Shown here one piece after another: positions 18,258 through 28,185 of a stretch of 64,000 nucleotides of DNA; the stretch's first letter is position 1; every line of letters begins with the position of its first letter. The position numbers were made by a program, and so were the translations under genes. This DNA is from an uncultured Conexibacteraceae bacterium (GTDB lineage Bacteria; Actinomycetota; Thermoleophilia; Solirubrobacterales; 70-9): NCBI GenBank assembly GCA_963820055.1, contig CAWFYJ010000005.1, positions 153,393 to 217,392 of the forward strand, given 5' to 3'. A model generated the notes under the pieces. The model saw only the letters and a list, made by a program, of their open reading frames with translations, did not search any database and was not told where the DNA came from.

Positions 18258-18829
18258 GCGGGAGGCGCGCCGCCGAGGTCGACCGCGGGAGCCGTGTGGA
18301 CCTCGGCGTCGGCGGTGAAGAACTGCCGCGGTCCGAAGCCGAAGGCGCCGGCGACGATCGACTGCGGGAAGACCGCGACGGCGGTGTTCAGCGTCTCGAC
18401 GGTGTCGTTGTAGACGCGACGGGTGATCGAGATCCGTTCCTCGACCGAGGCCAGGTCGCGCTGCAGCGCGGCGAAGTTCTCGCTCGCCTTCAGCTCCGGG
18501 TAGGCCTCGGCGACGCCGATCAGGTTGCCGATCCCCATCGCCAGCGCCCCCTCGATGGGGCCCTGCGCGGCGGGGCCGGCCCCGACGGCTGCGACGGCTG
18601 CCCCGCGCGCCTCCGCCGTGCGCTCGAACGTGGCCCGCTCATGGCCCGCGTAGCCGGACACGGCGGCGACCAGGTTGGGGACGAGGTCGTGGCGGAGCTT
18701 CAGCGCGACCTCGATCTGGGCCCAGGAGTTGTCGACCGCCAGCCGCAGCCGGACGAGCTTGTTGTAGGTGATCAGCACGAACAGCGCGACCAGAAGCACG
18801 ATCGCCCCGATGACGATCAGGGCCGGCAT
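18254..18829 (-). CDS. LemA family protein
   Basis: N-terminal TM helix plus YNKLVRLRLAVDNSWAQIEVALKLRHDLVPNLV. It overlaps the DUF2207 start by 4 nt, the classic LemA-DUF2207 pairing. Confidence 0.9.
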   Translation of the reverse strand: MPALIVIGAIVLLVALFVLITYNKLVRLRLAVDNSWAQIEVALKLRHDLVPNLVAAVSGYAGHERATFERTAEARGAAVAAVGAGPAAQGPIEGALAMGIGNLIGVAEAYPELKASENFAALQRDLASVEERISITRRVYNDTVETLNTAVAVFPQSIVAGAFGFGPRQFFTADAEVHTAPAVDLGGAPPA

Positions 18830-18932
18830 CGTTCTCTTCCTCCGGTTTCGCGAATCACGGAGGGAAACCTATCCGGCCCCGGGGCCGGATCGGCGGCGCC
18901 GGTCCCAGGTGCCGGTCCCATAGGGTTGCGCG

Positions 18933-19706
18933 GTGGCCGACGAAGCAAACCAGCGTGGAACGGCGGATCTGAGCGGGAAGGTCGCCCTCGTGACCGGCGG
19001 CGCCGGCGGGCTCGGATCGGCGACGTCGCGCGCCCTCGCGGCCGCGGGCGCCACCGTCGTCGTGGCCGACATCGACCCGGCGGGCCTCGCGGTCGCCGAC
19101 GAGATCGGCGGGATCTTCACCGAGACGGACGTCTCGACCCTGGAGGCCAACCGCGAACTGATCGACGTCGTTGTCGCCGAATGCGGCGGCGTCGACATGG
19201 TCTACCTGAACGCCGGCGTGGCAAGCGGCATCGGCCTCGGCGACGACTTCGACCTCGACCGCTACCGGCGGGTCATGGGGATCAACCTCGATGGCGTCGT
19301 CTTCGGCACCGTCGCCGCGCTGCCGGCGCTGCGGGAGCGGGGCGGAGGGTCGATCGTCGCGACCGCCTCGCTGGCCGGCCTCACCGCGGTGCCGTTCGAC
19401 CCGCTCTACGCCGCCAACAAGCACGCCGTCGTCGGCCTCGCCCGCTCGCTCGGGCTCGGACTCGTTCAGGACGACATCCGCTTCAACGCCATCTGCCCCG
19501 GATTCGCCGAGTCCGGGATCATCGCGCCGATCCGCGAGGCCATCCTCGAGTCCGGCACCCCGATAATCCCCGCCGAGACCGTCGCCGCCGCGGTCCTGGA
19601 GCTGTTCAACGGCGAGATGAGCGGCGAGTGCTGGTTCGTCCAGGCGGGCCGGGAGGCGGACGCCTTCCGCTTCCGCAACATCCCCGGTCCCCGCGCCGAC
19701 GCATAG
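18933..19706 (+). CDS. SDR family oxidoreductase
   Basis: GKVALVTGGAGGLGSA, NAGV, YAANKHAVVGL. Confidence 0.88.
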   Translation: MADEANQRGTADLSGKVALVTGGAGGLGSATSRALAAAGATVVVADIDPAGLAVADEIGGIFTETDVSTLEANRELIDVVVAECGGVDMVYLNAGVASGIGLGDDFDLDRYRRVMGINLDGVVFGTVAALPALRERGGGSIVATASLAGLTAVPFDPLYAANKHAVVGLARSLGLGLVQDDIRFNAICPGFAESGIIAPIREAILESGTPIIPAETVAAAVLELFNGEMSGECWFVQAGREADAFRFRNIPGPRADA

Positions 19707-19710
19707 GACC

Positions 19711-20502
19711 GTGGGGATGATGTCGTTCGAGCGCTTCGTCGCCCTCGGCGATTCGACCACGGAGGGTCTCGAGGACCCCAATCCGCACGGCGGCTATCGC
19801 GGCTGGGCCGACCGCCTCGCCGAGCGTCTCGCCGTCGAGAACCCGGACATGACCTATGCGAACCTGGCCGTGCGCGGCCGTAAGGTCCCGCAGATCCGTG
19901 CCGAGCAACTCGAGCCGGCGCTGGCGCTGAAGCCGGATCTCGCGAGCATCCTCGGCGGCATCAACGACGTCCTCCGGCGCAACCTCGACATGAACCGGGT
20001 CGTCGGCGACCTCGATGCGATGGCCGCGGCACTCGGTGAGTCGGGCGCCACCGTTCTCAGCTTCACCTTTCCCGACCCGACCGCCGTCATCACGGTTGCC
20101 GCCGCCCGGATCCGCGCTCGGGTCGTCCGGTTCAACGAGCGGGTCCGGGAGATGGCGGCCGCGCGGGGCGCGGTGCTCGTCGACCTCGAGCGCGAGGGGA
20201 TCGCCCATCCGACCCTCTGGTGCTCCGATCGCCTCCACGCCAACGGCGACGGTCACGCGCGGATCGCCGGGGCGGCGGCCGCTGCGCTCGGACTCGACGA
20301 TGGCAGCCGTGCCTGGGCGGCACCGCTTCCCGATCCTCCCCGGCGGTCTGCCGCGGTCCGCTACGCCGCCGACGCCGTCTGGATGGGCCGCCACCTGACG
20401 CCATGGGTGGTCCGCCGGATTCGCGGCGTCTCGTCGGGCGATGGTCGCGAGCCTAAGCGCCCCGAGCTCGCCCCGATCACCGACGTGACGATGCCCGGCT
20501 GA
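19711..20502 (+). CDS. SGNH/GDSL hydrolase family protein
   Basis: Block I FVALGDSTTEG, block III GGINDV, block V DRLHANGDGH. The start may be GTG 19711 or ATG 19717/19720. Confidence 0.85.
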   Translation: MGMMSFERFVALGDSTTEGLEDPNPHGGYRGWADRLAERLAVENPDMTYANLAVRGRKVPQIRAEQLEPALALKPDLASILGGINDVLRRNLDMNRVVGDLDAMAAALGESGATVLSFTFPDPTAVITVAAARIRARVVRFNERVREMAAARGAVLVDLEREGIAHPTLWCSDRLHANGDGHARIAGAAAAALGLDDGSRAWAAPLPDPPRRSAAVRYAADAVWMGRHLTPWVVRRIRGVSSGDGREPKRPELAPITDVTMPG

Positions 20503-20565
20503 GCGCAACTCCTGGCCCGCAGGGGGGTTTCGATCGGCGTCGGGGAAAGACGGAACAGGGAGAGT

Positions 20566-22954
20566 TTGATGATCAGGAGAGTCGCAGCGGTCGGAGCGTT
20601 TCTCGCGAGCCTCGCGGTGTTCGCGGGGGCAGCGACCCCGGCCCTCGCCGCGAAACCGGATGGGAAGCTGAAGATCAGCACGCTCTCGACCCGGGCGGAC
20701 CTGGTCACGGGCGGCGATGTGCTGGTCGCCGTCGACGTCTCGGGCGCGAAGCCGGGGAGCGTCCGGATCCGCCGCAACGGCGCCGATGTCACCTCCGAGT
20801 TCGGGCCCCGCGGCAACCCGAACCGCCTCGTCGGCCTCGTCGACGGGCTGCGCAACGGGGACAACCTCCTGACGGCATACGGGCCCGGCATCAGGCGGTC
20901 CGCGCAGCTCAGCGTCTACGACTCGCCGATCAGCGGCCCCGTCTTCTCGGGGTCGCCAGCAGGCGCCGTTCTTCTGCCGGACCGTGGACGCCGGACTCGG
21001 CCCGGCCACCGACGCGAACTGCTCGGCGCCGACGACCGTCGCCTACTACTACCGGTCCACCAACGGCAACTTCAAGCCGTTCGCCGATCCGACAGCGGCG
21101 TTGCCTCCCGACGGCGTCCAGACCACGACCCGCTACGGCGAGACGGTCGACTACGTGGTTCGCCTCGAGACCGGCGTCATCGACCGGTCGATCTACCGCT
21201 TCGCCGTCCTCGCCCCGGGCGGCCGGGTGGGTGACGGGTGGAACCACCGTTTCGTATTCAGCTTCGGCGGCGGTTGTTCGGCCGGGTACGAGCAGGGCAG
21301 TCGCGGCGTCGGAACGGCGCTGACCAACCCCGAGCTCTCGCAGGGCTACGCGACGCTGACCGGCACCCTCAACGTCTACGGGACCGCGTGCAACGACCTG
21401 CTCTCGGCCGAGGCCGCGCAGATGCTCAAGGAGCATGCGATCGAGGAGCTCGGCGAAAAGCCCGTTTGGACGATGGGGCAAGGGGGCTCGGGCGGCTCGG
21501 TCCAGCAGCAGCTGATCGCTCAGAACTACCCGAGCATCCTCGACGGGATCATGCCCGGCGCCAGCTTCCCCGACGGCGCGGGACCTGACTACCCCGACTG
21601 CCGCCTGGTCAAGAACTACTTCGACAACGGCGACGGAACCTCGCTCTCGGATGCGAAGCGCAAGGCGATCACCGGCCTCGTCGATGCGAACGGCTGCGAC
21701 GCGCTCAGCGCCGGCGCCGACGTGGTCGCCGCCGACGAGGGATGCGACGAGTCGCAGGTGCCGCCGGCGCAGATCTTCAACCCGGTCAGCAACCCGAACG
21801 GGATCCGCTGCACGGTCTGGGACAGCATGGTCAACGTCTACGGCCGCGATCCCGATACCGGCTACGCCCGCCGCACCCTCGACAACGTCGGCGTCCAGTA
21901 CGGGCTGCAGGCGCTGAACGACGGTGCGATCACGATCGGGGAGTTCCTCGACCTCAACGAGGGCGTCGGCGGCTATGACGACAACGGGGAGATCCGGGCC
22001 GCTCGCAGCGTCGCCGACCCGGCCGCCCTCGAGATCGCCTACGAGAGTGGGCGCGTCAACCGGACCGCCGGCGGCTACGGGAACGTGCCGGTCCTCGACA
22101 TCCGCCAGTACCAGGACACCGGCGGCCCCAACGTCCATCAGTACGTCAACACGTACCGGACGCGCGCCCGTATCGACGCCGAGCACGGCGGCCACGGCAA
22201 CCAGGTGATGTGGCGCGCGCAGGGCGGCCCGAGCGTCAGCGCGATGAATGCGGCGGCGCTGACGACGCTCGCCGACTGGATGGACGCGATCGCCGCGGAC
22301 GATTCGAGCCGGACGGCGGCCGAGAAGGTCATCGCCGGCAAGCCCGCCGGCGCCGTCGACGCCTGCTGGATCGGCGGCGTGCGCAGCAACGGCCAGGCGG
22401 CGATCGGCGCCGACAACGTCTGCGAGAACACCTACCCGCCGCACAGCCTGCCCGCGAACGTGGCCGGGAGGCCACTCGACTCGCTGGTTCTGAAGTGCAA
22501 CCTGAAGCCAATCGACTACGCCGACTACGACGTTTCGTTCGGCCCGAACCAGAAGGACCGCCTCGCCGCGATCTTCCCGGGCGGCGTCTGCGACTGGTCT
22601 CAGCCGGGCGTCGAGCAGACCGGGCTGTCCGGGACGTGGCAGGAGTTCGGGCCCGAGCGGAACGCCGCGAAGCGGAAACGCGACCTGGCGATCTCGGTCC
22701 GGCGCAACGGCAAGACCCGGCGGACCGTGCGCGCCACCCTGGGCCCGTGCCCGGAGGCGAGCTTTCAGGAGATCGTCTTCGAGCAGCGGAAGGGCGGCAA
22801 GTGGCGCCGCTTCGCGACCGCGCCCGCGACGGGGGCGAAGTGCCGCGCGACCGCCGATCTCCGGGTGAAGCGTGGCGGGTCGGTCCGCGTGCGGGCCCGG
22901 GCGGAGGCGATCACCGGCTACCGCGCCGCGACGTCGAAGGCCAAGCGCGCCTAG
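20566..22954 (+). pseudogene. secreted tannase/feruloyl-esterase-like alpha/beta-hydrolase-type protein (DUF6351-like), frame broken once
   Basis: Signal peptide plus N-terminal domain in ORF 20566..21234, up to ...PISGPVFSGS. Skipping base 20956 continues as QQAPFFCRTVDAGLGPATDANCS, in ORF 20984..22954. The family assignment is from memory. Confidence 0.7.
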
Positions 22955-24477
22955 TCGGTCTTGGCGGCGGCCGGCCGCGGGCCGGTCCAGCGCGACGGGG
23001 CGAGCATCGCGACGTCGCGTCCGGCCGACTTCGCGGCATAGAGCGCCTTGTCCATCCGCTCGAAGAGCTCGATTGCGCTCTCGCGGCCGTCCCAGGCGGC
23101 GACGCCCGCCGAGCAGGTCTGCCCACCGGGGGTGTTCTTGCGGAGCCGCTCGACGACGTCGAGAGCGCACGCTCCCGAGCAGTCCGGCAGCAGCAGCGTG
23201 AACTCCTCGCCGCCCCAGCGTGCGAGCTCGTCGCCGTGGCGGATCGCCGCCGTCCAGGCGCCGGCGGCCTCGCGGAGGAGCCGATCGCCGGTCCGGTGTC
23301 CGTGGACGTCGTTGAAGTTCTTGAAGTGGTCGAGGTCGATGATCGCCACCGACAGCGGCGTCCGCCGACTGCGGCTGATCGCCAGCTCCTTGGCCAGCAG
23401 TCCGTCCCAGCCGCGGCGGTTGATGAGGCCGGTGAGCTGATCGCGCGAGGCGGTGTCGGTCAGCGAGCGGAGCAGGTCGGTGTGATCGATCGTCGTCGAC
23501 GCCTCCGAGGCGAGCGACCTGACGATGTCGATGCGGAGGTCGCCGGCGTGCCTGACCGGCTCGACCCACGCGGTGCAGAGGACGGCCGCCACGAGCCCGC
23601 TGCGCATGACCGGGGCGCAGAACCACGAGCGGCATTCGCCGAACTCGGCGTGGATCTCGGGGAGCAGGCCGGTGGCGGTCCGGGCGTCGGGGACGAATAC
23701 GGGCTTGCCGCTGCTCACCGCCTTGTGGACGAGCGAGCGCTCGTCCTCGGGCACCGCGGTTCCGTTGAACTCCTCGTGAGTCGTTGCGGTGATCACGAAC
23801 CTGCCGCTGCTGTCGGGCTCGACGAGCATCACGAGGTCGCAGCCGGCGAGATCGGGCCCGGCCTGCACGAGCGTCTCGCGAGAATCGGGCGCGGCGAGCA
23901 TCGTCGCCTGCAGCGCTCGCAGCCTCGGTCCGAGGCCGACCCGGTCGCGGAGCTCCTGCGAGCGACGCTGCACCGGGATCGCGAGGAGCGGCACCAGCAC
24001 GGCCCAGACGAGCGCGCGGAGCCCGAGGTCCGCGGGGTGGGCGATCGCCGGGACCACGAGGGCGATCCACGTCGCCGCGACGATGATCATCAGGGTCCGG
24101 CGGTTCTCCTGGAGCGCGACGACGAGGACGTTGAAGCAGAGGATGACGTCGTAGAGGGGCTCGCCGGTCATGATCGCGAGCGTCGCGATGCAGGCCGCGA
24201 ACGCGAGCGGCGGCAGAGCCCGTGTGAGCTGATCGAGGTCCCGCCCGTAGGACCAGGCTCGCCAGCAGGCGAGCAGCAGCAGCGCGAGGGCGCCGGCTGC
24301 GCGCGTCAGGGTCGGGCCCGGGATCAGGAGCATCACCGCGATCCCGATGGCGATGAAGGCGAGGAACTCTGCGGCCGGTCCCGGGAGGCGCCGGCGGCGG
24401 CCGTCCTCGATCGTCAGGACGGGCACGTCGAGGCTCGACGCAGAACTCTGGCTCTGGGAATCCATCACCGGGACCAT
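22951..24477 (-). CDS. membrane-anchored diguanylate cyclase with central GAF-like domain (GGDEF)
   Basis: 508 aa. N-terminal TM helices, then RDQLTGLINRRG ... WGGEEF ... ALYAAKSAGRD. Confidence 0.88.
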   Translation of the reverse strand: MVPVMDSQSQSSASSLDVPVLTIEDGRRRRLPGPAAEFLAFIAIGIAVMLLIPGPTLTRAAGALALLLLACWRAWSYGRDLDQLTRALPPLAFAACIATLAIMTGEPLYDVILCFNVLVVALQENRRTLMIIVAATWIALVVPAIAHPADLGLRALVWAVLVPLLAIPVQRRSQELRDRVGLGPRLRALQATMLAAPDSRETLVQAGPDLAGCDLVMLVEPDSSGRFVITATTHEEFNGTAVPEDERSLVHKAVSSGKPVFVPDARTATGLLPEIHAEFGECRSWFCAPVMRSGLVAAVLCTAWVEPVRHAGDLRIDIVRSLASEASTTIDHTDLLRSLTDTASRDQLTGLINRRGWDGLLAKELAISRSRRTPLSVAIIDLDHFKNFNDVHGHRTGDRLLREAAGAWTAAIRHGDELARWGGEEFTLLLPDCSGACALDVVERLRKNTPGGQTCSAGVAAWDGRESAIELFERMDKALYAAKSAGRDVAMLAPSRWTGPRPAAAKTD

Positions 24478-24613
24478 GCCTGCCTATCGTGTCCCGAAAT
24501 CGCGACCTTTAGGCATCCCGCCGGGTCCGGACAGCCATTCTCAGGCCGATTCGGCGATTGCACGGGGGCGCCCCGGCGAGGTCCGCGAGGGTCAGCGGCG
24601 AACCGGTGAAGGG

Positions 24614-25198
24614 ATGGCCTCTCGCGTCTACGTGATCGAGCTCGACCGCGGTGCCGGCCGGCGCCGCGACCCGCGGATCCCCTGGGTCTACGTCGGCTCG
24701 AGCGCCCGCGACGCCGAGATCCGCTTCGCCCAGCACCGCCGCGGCTACAAGTCGTCCGGTCTGGTCAAGCGCTTCGCCCTGCGACTGCGGCCCGATCTCT
24801 ACGACGACCTGCCGGCGTTTCGCGGCTCGCGGACCGCCCGCGATGCCGAGCTCGAGCGGGCCGAGGAACTCGCCGCCTGCGGATTCGTGGCGCACAGCGA
24901 CGGGACCTCCTACGGGAAGGGAGAGGGCGGCTGGACCGAATGGGACGCCGCCAGGCTCGACGTGGTCGGCCCCCACGTCGACGCCGCCGTGGCCGAGCTC
25001 CTCGAGTCCTCGTTCTCGTCCCTCGATGCCGGGCGGTGCGCAGAGCTTCTCCACGGCGACCGCGGCTTCTGGGTCGCGGACTTCATCGATCCCGCGGATC
25101 CGCCGCCCGCCTATGGGCTCTTCGCCCATGTTTCGCCGGCGGCGCTTCGGGCTCGAGCCGAGCGGACGATCGCCGCCGTGCTCGCCGGCACCGTCTGA
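24614..25198 (+). CDS. hypothetical protein with GIY-YIG-like N-terminal motif set
   Basis: ATG at 24614. VYVIEL ... WVYVGSSARDAEIRFAQHRRG ... ELERAEEL resembles GIY / YIG / Arg / Glu spacing. The C-terminal half is unassigned. Confidence 0.5.
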   Translation: MASRVYVIELDRGAGRRRDPRIPWVYVGSSARDAEIRFAQHRRGYKSSGLVKRFALRLRPDLYDDLPAFRGSRTARDAELERAEELAACGFVAHSDGTSYGKGEGGWTEWDAARLDVVGPHVDAAVAELLESSFSSLDAGRCAELLHGDRGFWVADFIDPADPPPAYGLFAHVSPAALRARAERTIAAVLAGTV

Positions 25199-25217
25199 GC
25201 ACGCCTATCCTGCGCCG

Positions 25218-26261
25218 ATGAGCGACGACGGCCTCCCGAGCCGCATGAGCGTGCGCGCCCGGCCGATCGCGGCGCTCGCGATGGTGCTCGGCTGCCTGCT
25301 CGTCGTCGCCGGCTGCGGGAGCGGGGGAGACGGCGCCTCGGCGTCGCCCGACCTCCGCGAGGCGACGCTCGTCCTCGACTTCGTCCCCGGCCCGGTTCAC
25401 GCCGGCATCTACGCGGCCCTCGCCGCCGGTTACTACGAGGACGCCGGCATCGACCTGAAGGTCATCGAGCCGACGTCGACCGCCGACACGCTGAAGCTGA
25501 TCGACGCCGGCAAGGCCGATTTCGGGATCGCCGACGGCATCGACGTCGCCGGGCAGATCGACGCCGGCCGCGGGGCCCAGGCGATCATGACCATCGCGCA
25601 GCGCCCGCTCGGAGGCGTGATCACGCTCGCGAAGGCCGGATTCGCGTCGCCGGCCGACCTCGAGGGCGCGACGATCGGCGTCACCGGGGTGCCGTCGGAC
25701 GATGCGATCCTCGACGAGGTCGTCGGGGCCGATGGCGGCGACCCCGAGGCGGTGGACCGGATCACCGTCGGCTTCAACGGCGTGCAGAGCCTCGAGGCGG
25801 GCAAGATCGACGGCTTCACCGGCTTCATTCCCGCCGACGGCGTCCAGGCCGACGTCGACGGCTACCCGACCCGCTCGTTTTCGCCCGACGAGTACGGCGG
25901 CCTCGACTACCCCGGCCTGGTGGTCTTCTCGACCGAGGACCAGATCGCCGCCGACCCGGAGCTGATGCAGGGTTTCGTGGACGCGACGACCGCGGGCTAC
26001 GAGGACGTGATCGACGACCCCGACGCCGGCGTGCAGGCACTCCTCGACGCCAACCCGGCGATCGACCCGGACTTCGCCGCGGCATCCCTCGATGCGTACC
26101 TGCCGCTGCTCACGGCCGGCGGTACCGGGTTCGGGACCTTCGACCCGGCTTCGATCGATCGCCTTTCGCGGTTCCTCGTCGGCGCCGGGCTCGCCGATGC
26201 GCCGATCGCCCCGGACCGCTATGCGGACATGCAGTTCACGGGCGGCGGCGATGGCGGCTGA
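25218..26261 (+). CDS. ABC transporter substrate-binding lipoprotein, NMT1/THI5 (SsuA/TauA-like) family
   Basis: Lipobox VVAGCGS and LVLDFVPGPVHAGIYAALAAGYY, typical of NMT1-like binding proteins. An ATPase and a permease follow. Confidence 0.85.
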   Translation: MSDDGLPSRMSVRARPIAALAMVLGCLLVVAGCGSGGDGASASPDLREATLVLDFVPGPVHAGIYAALAAGYYEDAGIDLKVIEPTSTADTLKLIDAGKADFGIADGIDVAGQIDAGRGAQAIMTIAQRPLGGVITLAKAGFASPADLEGATIGVTGVPSDDAILDEVVGADGGDPEAVDRITVGFNGVQSLEAGKIDGFTGFIPADGVQADVDGYPTRSFSPDEYGGLDYPGLVVFSTEDQIAADPELMQGFVDATTAGYEDVIDDPDAGVQALLDANPAIDPDFAAASLDAYLPLLTAGGTGFGTFDPASIDRLSRFLVGAGLADAPIAPDRYADMQFTGGGDGG

Positions 26262-27045
26262 GCCGCTTCTCGAGGCGACGGCACTGCGGAAGTCCTTCGC
26301 TCGCAGCGACGGCGGCGGCGAGCTGACCGCGCTCGACGGCGTCGACCTGGAGGTCGGCCGCGGCGAGTTCGTCTCGGTGATCGGCCCGTCGGGCTGCGGC
26401 AAGTCGACGCTGCTCAACGTCCTCGCCGGCCTGGAGGAGCCGACCGGTGGGAGCGTCAGCCTCGCCGACATCGAGCCCGGGGCGCTGCTCGGTTCCGTCG
26501 CCTACATGCAGCAGGCGGACCTGCTGATGCCGTGGCGGACGATTCTCGACAACGCCGCGATCGGGCCGCAGTTGGCCGGTGAACCGCTCGGCGAGGCGCG
26601 TCGGCGGGCGGCGGCCGAACTGCCGCGGTTCGGGCTCGACGGGTTTGCGAACGCGTGGCCGTCGCAGGTGTCGGGCGGGATGCGACAGCGGGCGGCACTG
26701 CTCCGTACGTTCCTCACCGACCGCGAGGTCCTCCTCCTCGACGAGCCGTTCGGGGCCCTCGACGCACTGACCCGCCAGGACATGCGCGAGCGGCTCCTCG
26801 AGCTCTGGACGCGTGAGGAGAAGACGATCGTCTTCGTGACCCACGACGTCGAGGAGGCGATCTTCCTGGCCGACCGGGTGCTGCGGATGTCGGCCCGCCC
26901 CGGGCGGATCGAAGATGCCGTCGCAATCGATCTGCCGCGCCCGCGCGCGGTCGGCAGGTCCGATCGCGGGCCGCGGTTCGCGGAGTTGCGGGCAGCCCTC
27001 GAGCAGCCGCTCCGCGAGGCCCAACACGCAGGCGGCCCGGCTTGA
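26251..27045 (+). CDS. ABC transporter ATP-binding protein (SsuB/TauB-like)
   Basis: ATG at 26251 overlaps the binding-protein stop. Walker A GPSGCGKST, signature VSGGMRQR, Walker B LLLDEPFGALD. Confidence 0.9.
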   Translation: MAAEPLLEATALRKSFARSDGGGELTALDGVDLEVGRGEFVSVIGPSGCGKSTLLNVLAGLEEPTGGSVSLADIEPGALLGSVAYMQQADLLMPWRTILDNAAIGPQLAGEPLGEARRRAAAELPRFGLDGFANAWPSQVSGGMRQRAALLRTFLTDREVLLLDEPFGALDALTRQDMRERLLELWTREEKTIVFVTHDVEEAIFLADRVLRMSARPGRIEDAVAIDLPRPRAVGRSDRGPRFAELRAALEQPLREAQHAGGPA

Positions 27046-27800
27046 GCCGGCCGTCGCTCCGCCGGGTGGTCGCGCCGGTCGTCTTCGCGCTGCTGGTGCT
27101 CGGCGTCTGGCAGCTCTACGCGACCGTCGGCGACGTTCCCGAGTCGTCGCTCCCATCACCGACGGAGATCGCGTCCGCCGGATGGGAGAACCGGCAACTC
27201 CTCATCGACAACACCTGGATCACCGTGCTCGAGATCGTCGTCGGGTTCGTGGCGGCGGTCGTGCTCGGCATCGTCCTCGCCCTCCTGATCCGCTCCTCGC
27301 GAACCGTCGAGCGGGCGGTCTACCCGTGGCTCGTGGTCTCGCAGATGGTTCCGATCCCGGCGATCGCGCCGATCTTCGTGATCTGGACCGGATTCGACCT
27401 GCGGCCGCGGGTGATGGTCATCGCGCTCGTCGCGTTCTTTCCGATCGTCGTCAACACGGTCGACGGCCTCCGCGCCGCCGACCCGGGGCTGATCCGCCTG
27501 ATGCGGACGATGGGGGCTTCGCGCGGGCAGCTCCTCCGCCTCGGCCGGTTCCCGGCCTCACTTCCGTTCCTCTTCAGCGGCATGAAGATCGCCGCGGCCC
27601 TTTCGGTGATCGGAGCGGTGTTCGCCGAGTGGGTGGGCTCGAGCGAGGGCCTCGGCCACCTGATCCTCGTGCTCAACAACGCCACCGACACCGCGACCAT
27701 GTTCGCCGTGATCTTCCTGCTCTCGGTGATCGGCATCGCCCTGTTCGGGCTCGTCGCGCTCGCCGAGCGCCTGCTGCTTCCCTGGTATCGGGCCCGTTAG
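27042..27800 (+). CDS. ABC transporter permease (SsuC/TauC-like)
   Basis: TTG start overlaps the upstream TGA. Six TM helices and an EAA-like loop (TVDGLRAADPGLIRLMRTMGAS). Confidence 0.88.
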   Translation: MSRPSLRRVVAPVVFALLVLGVWQLYATVGDVPESSLPSPTEIASAGWENRQLLIDNTWITVLEIVVGFVAAVVLGIVLALLIRSSRTVERAVYPWLVVSQMVPIPAIAPIFVIWTGFDLRPRVMVIALVAFFPIVVNTVDGLRAADPGLIRLMRTMGASRGQLLRLGRFPASLPFLFSGMKIAAALSVIGAVFAEWVGSSEGLGHLILVLNNATDTATMFAVIFLLSVIGIALFGLVALAERLLLPWYRAR

Positions 27801-27806
27801 GCTCGC

Positions 27807-28133
27807 TCAGGTCGGCTCGCCCCACCGCGAGTCGCCGTGGTTGCGGTCGCGCTCGTCGGCGACTTCGCCCTCGGAGTCGGGGCCGTAGCCGGCTTCGGTG
27901 AGCATCCGGCGGAGATCGACGACGGTCTGGCGGTCGAGCTCCTTCTTCCTCGGGACGGGGAAGACCTCGGTCTCCGGCCCCAGCTTGATCTTCACCTTGT
28001 CGTCGTGCTCCTCCTCGATCGCCCCGATCGACTCGAGCAGGTTGTGGACCTTGCGCCACTCGACATTGCCCGTCGCCTGGTGGTCGAAGATCTCGCGGAG
28101 GGTGTTGCGGTGGTGGTGGCTGAGGTGCTCCAT
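27807..28133 (-). CDS. hypothetical protein (conserved actinobacterial type; HicA-like N-terminal motif is only a guess)
   Basis: MEHLSHHHRNTLREIFDHQATGNVEWRKVHNLLESIGA... The start at 28133 is preferred over 28172. Confidence 0.5.
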   Translation of the reverse strand: MEHLSHHHRNTLREIFDHQATGNVEWRKVHNLLESIGAIEEEHDDKVKIKLGPETEVFPVPRKKELDRQTVVDLRRMLTEAGYGPDSEGEVADERDRNHGDSRWGEPT

Positions 28134-28185
28134 GGGGGCTCGCTCTCGTCGTCGGGGGCGGTCAGGGGCCAACGATCCTAGAGAG

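Noticed and set aside
20930-24070. A 1046-aa minus-strand ORF spanning the DUF6351-like gene and part of the GGDEF gene.
   Set aside because: It is a shadow ORF. It runs antisense to one well-supported gene and out of frame with another, and its composition is Arg/Pro/Gly-rich.
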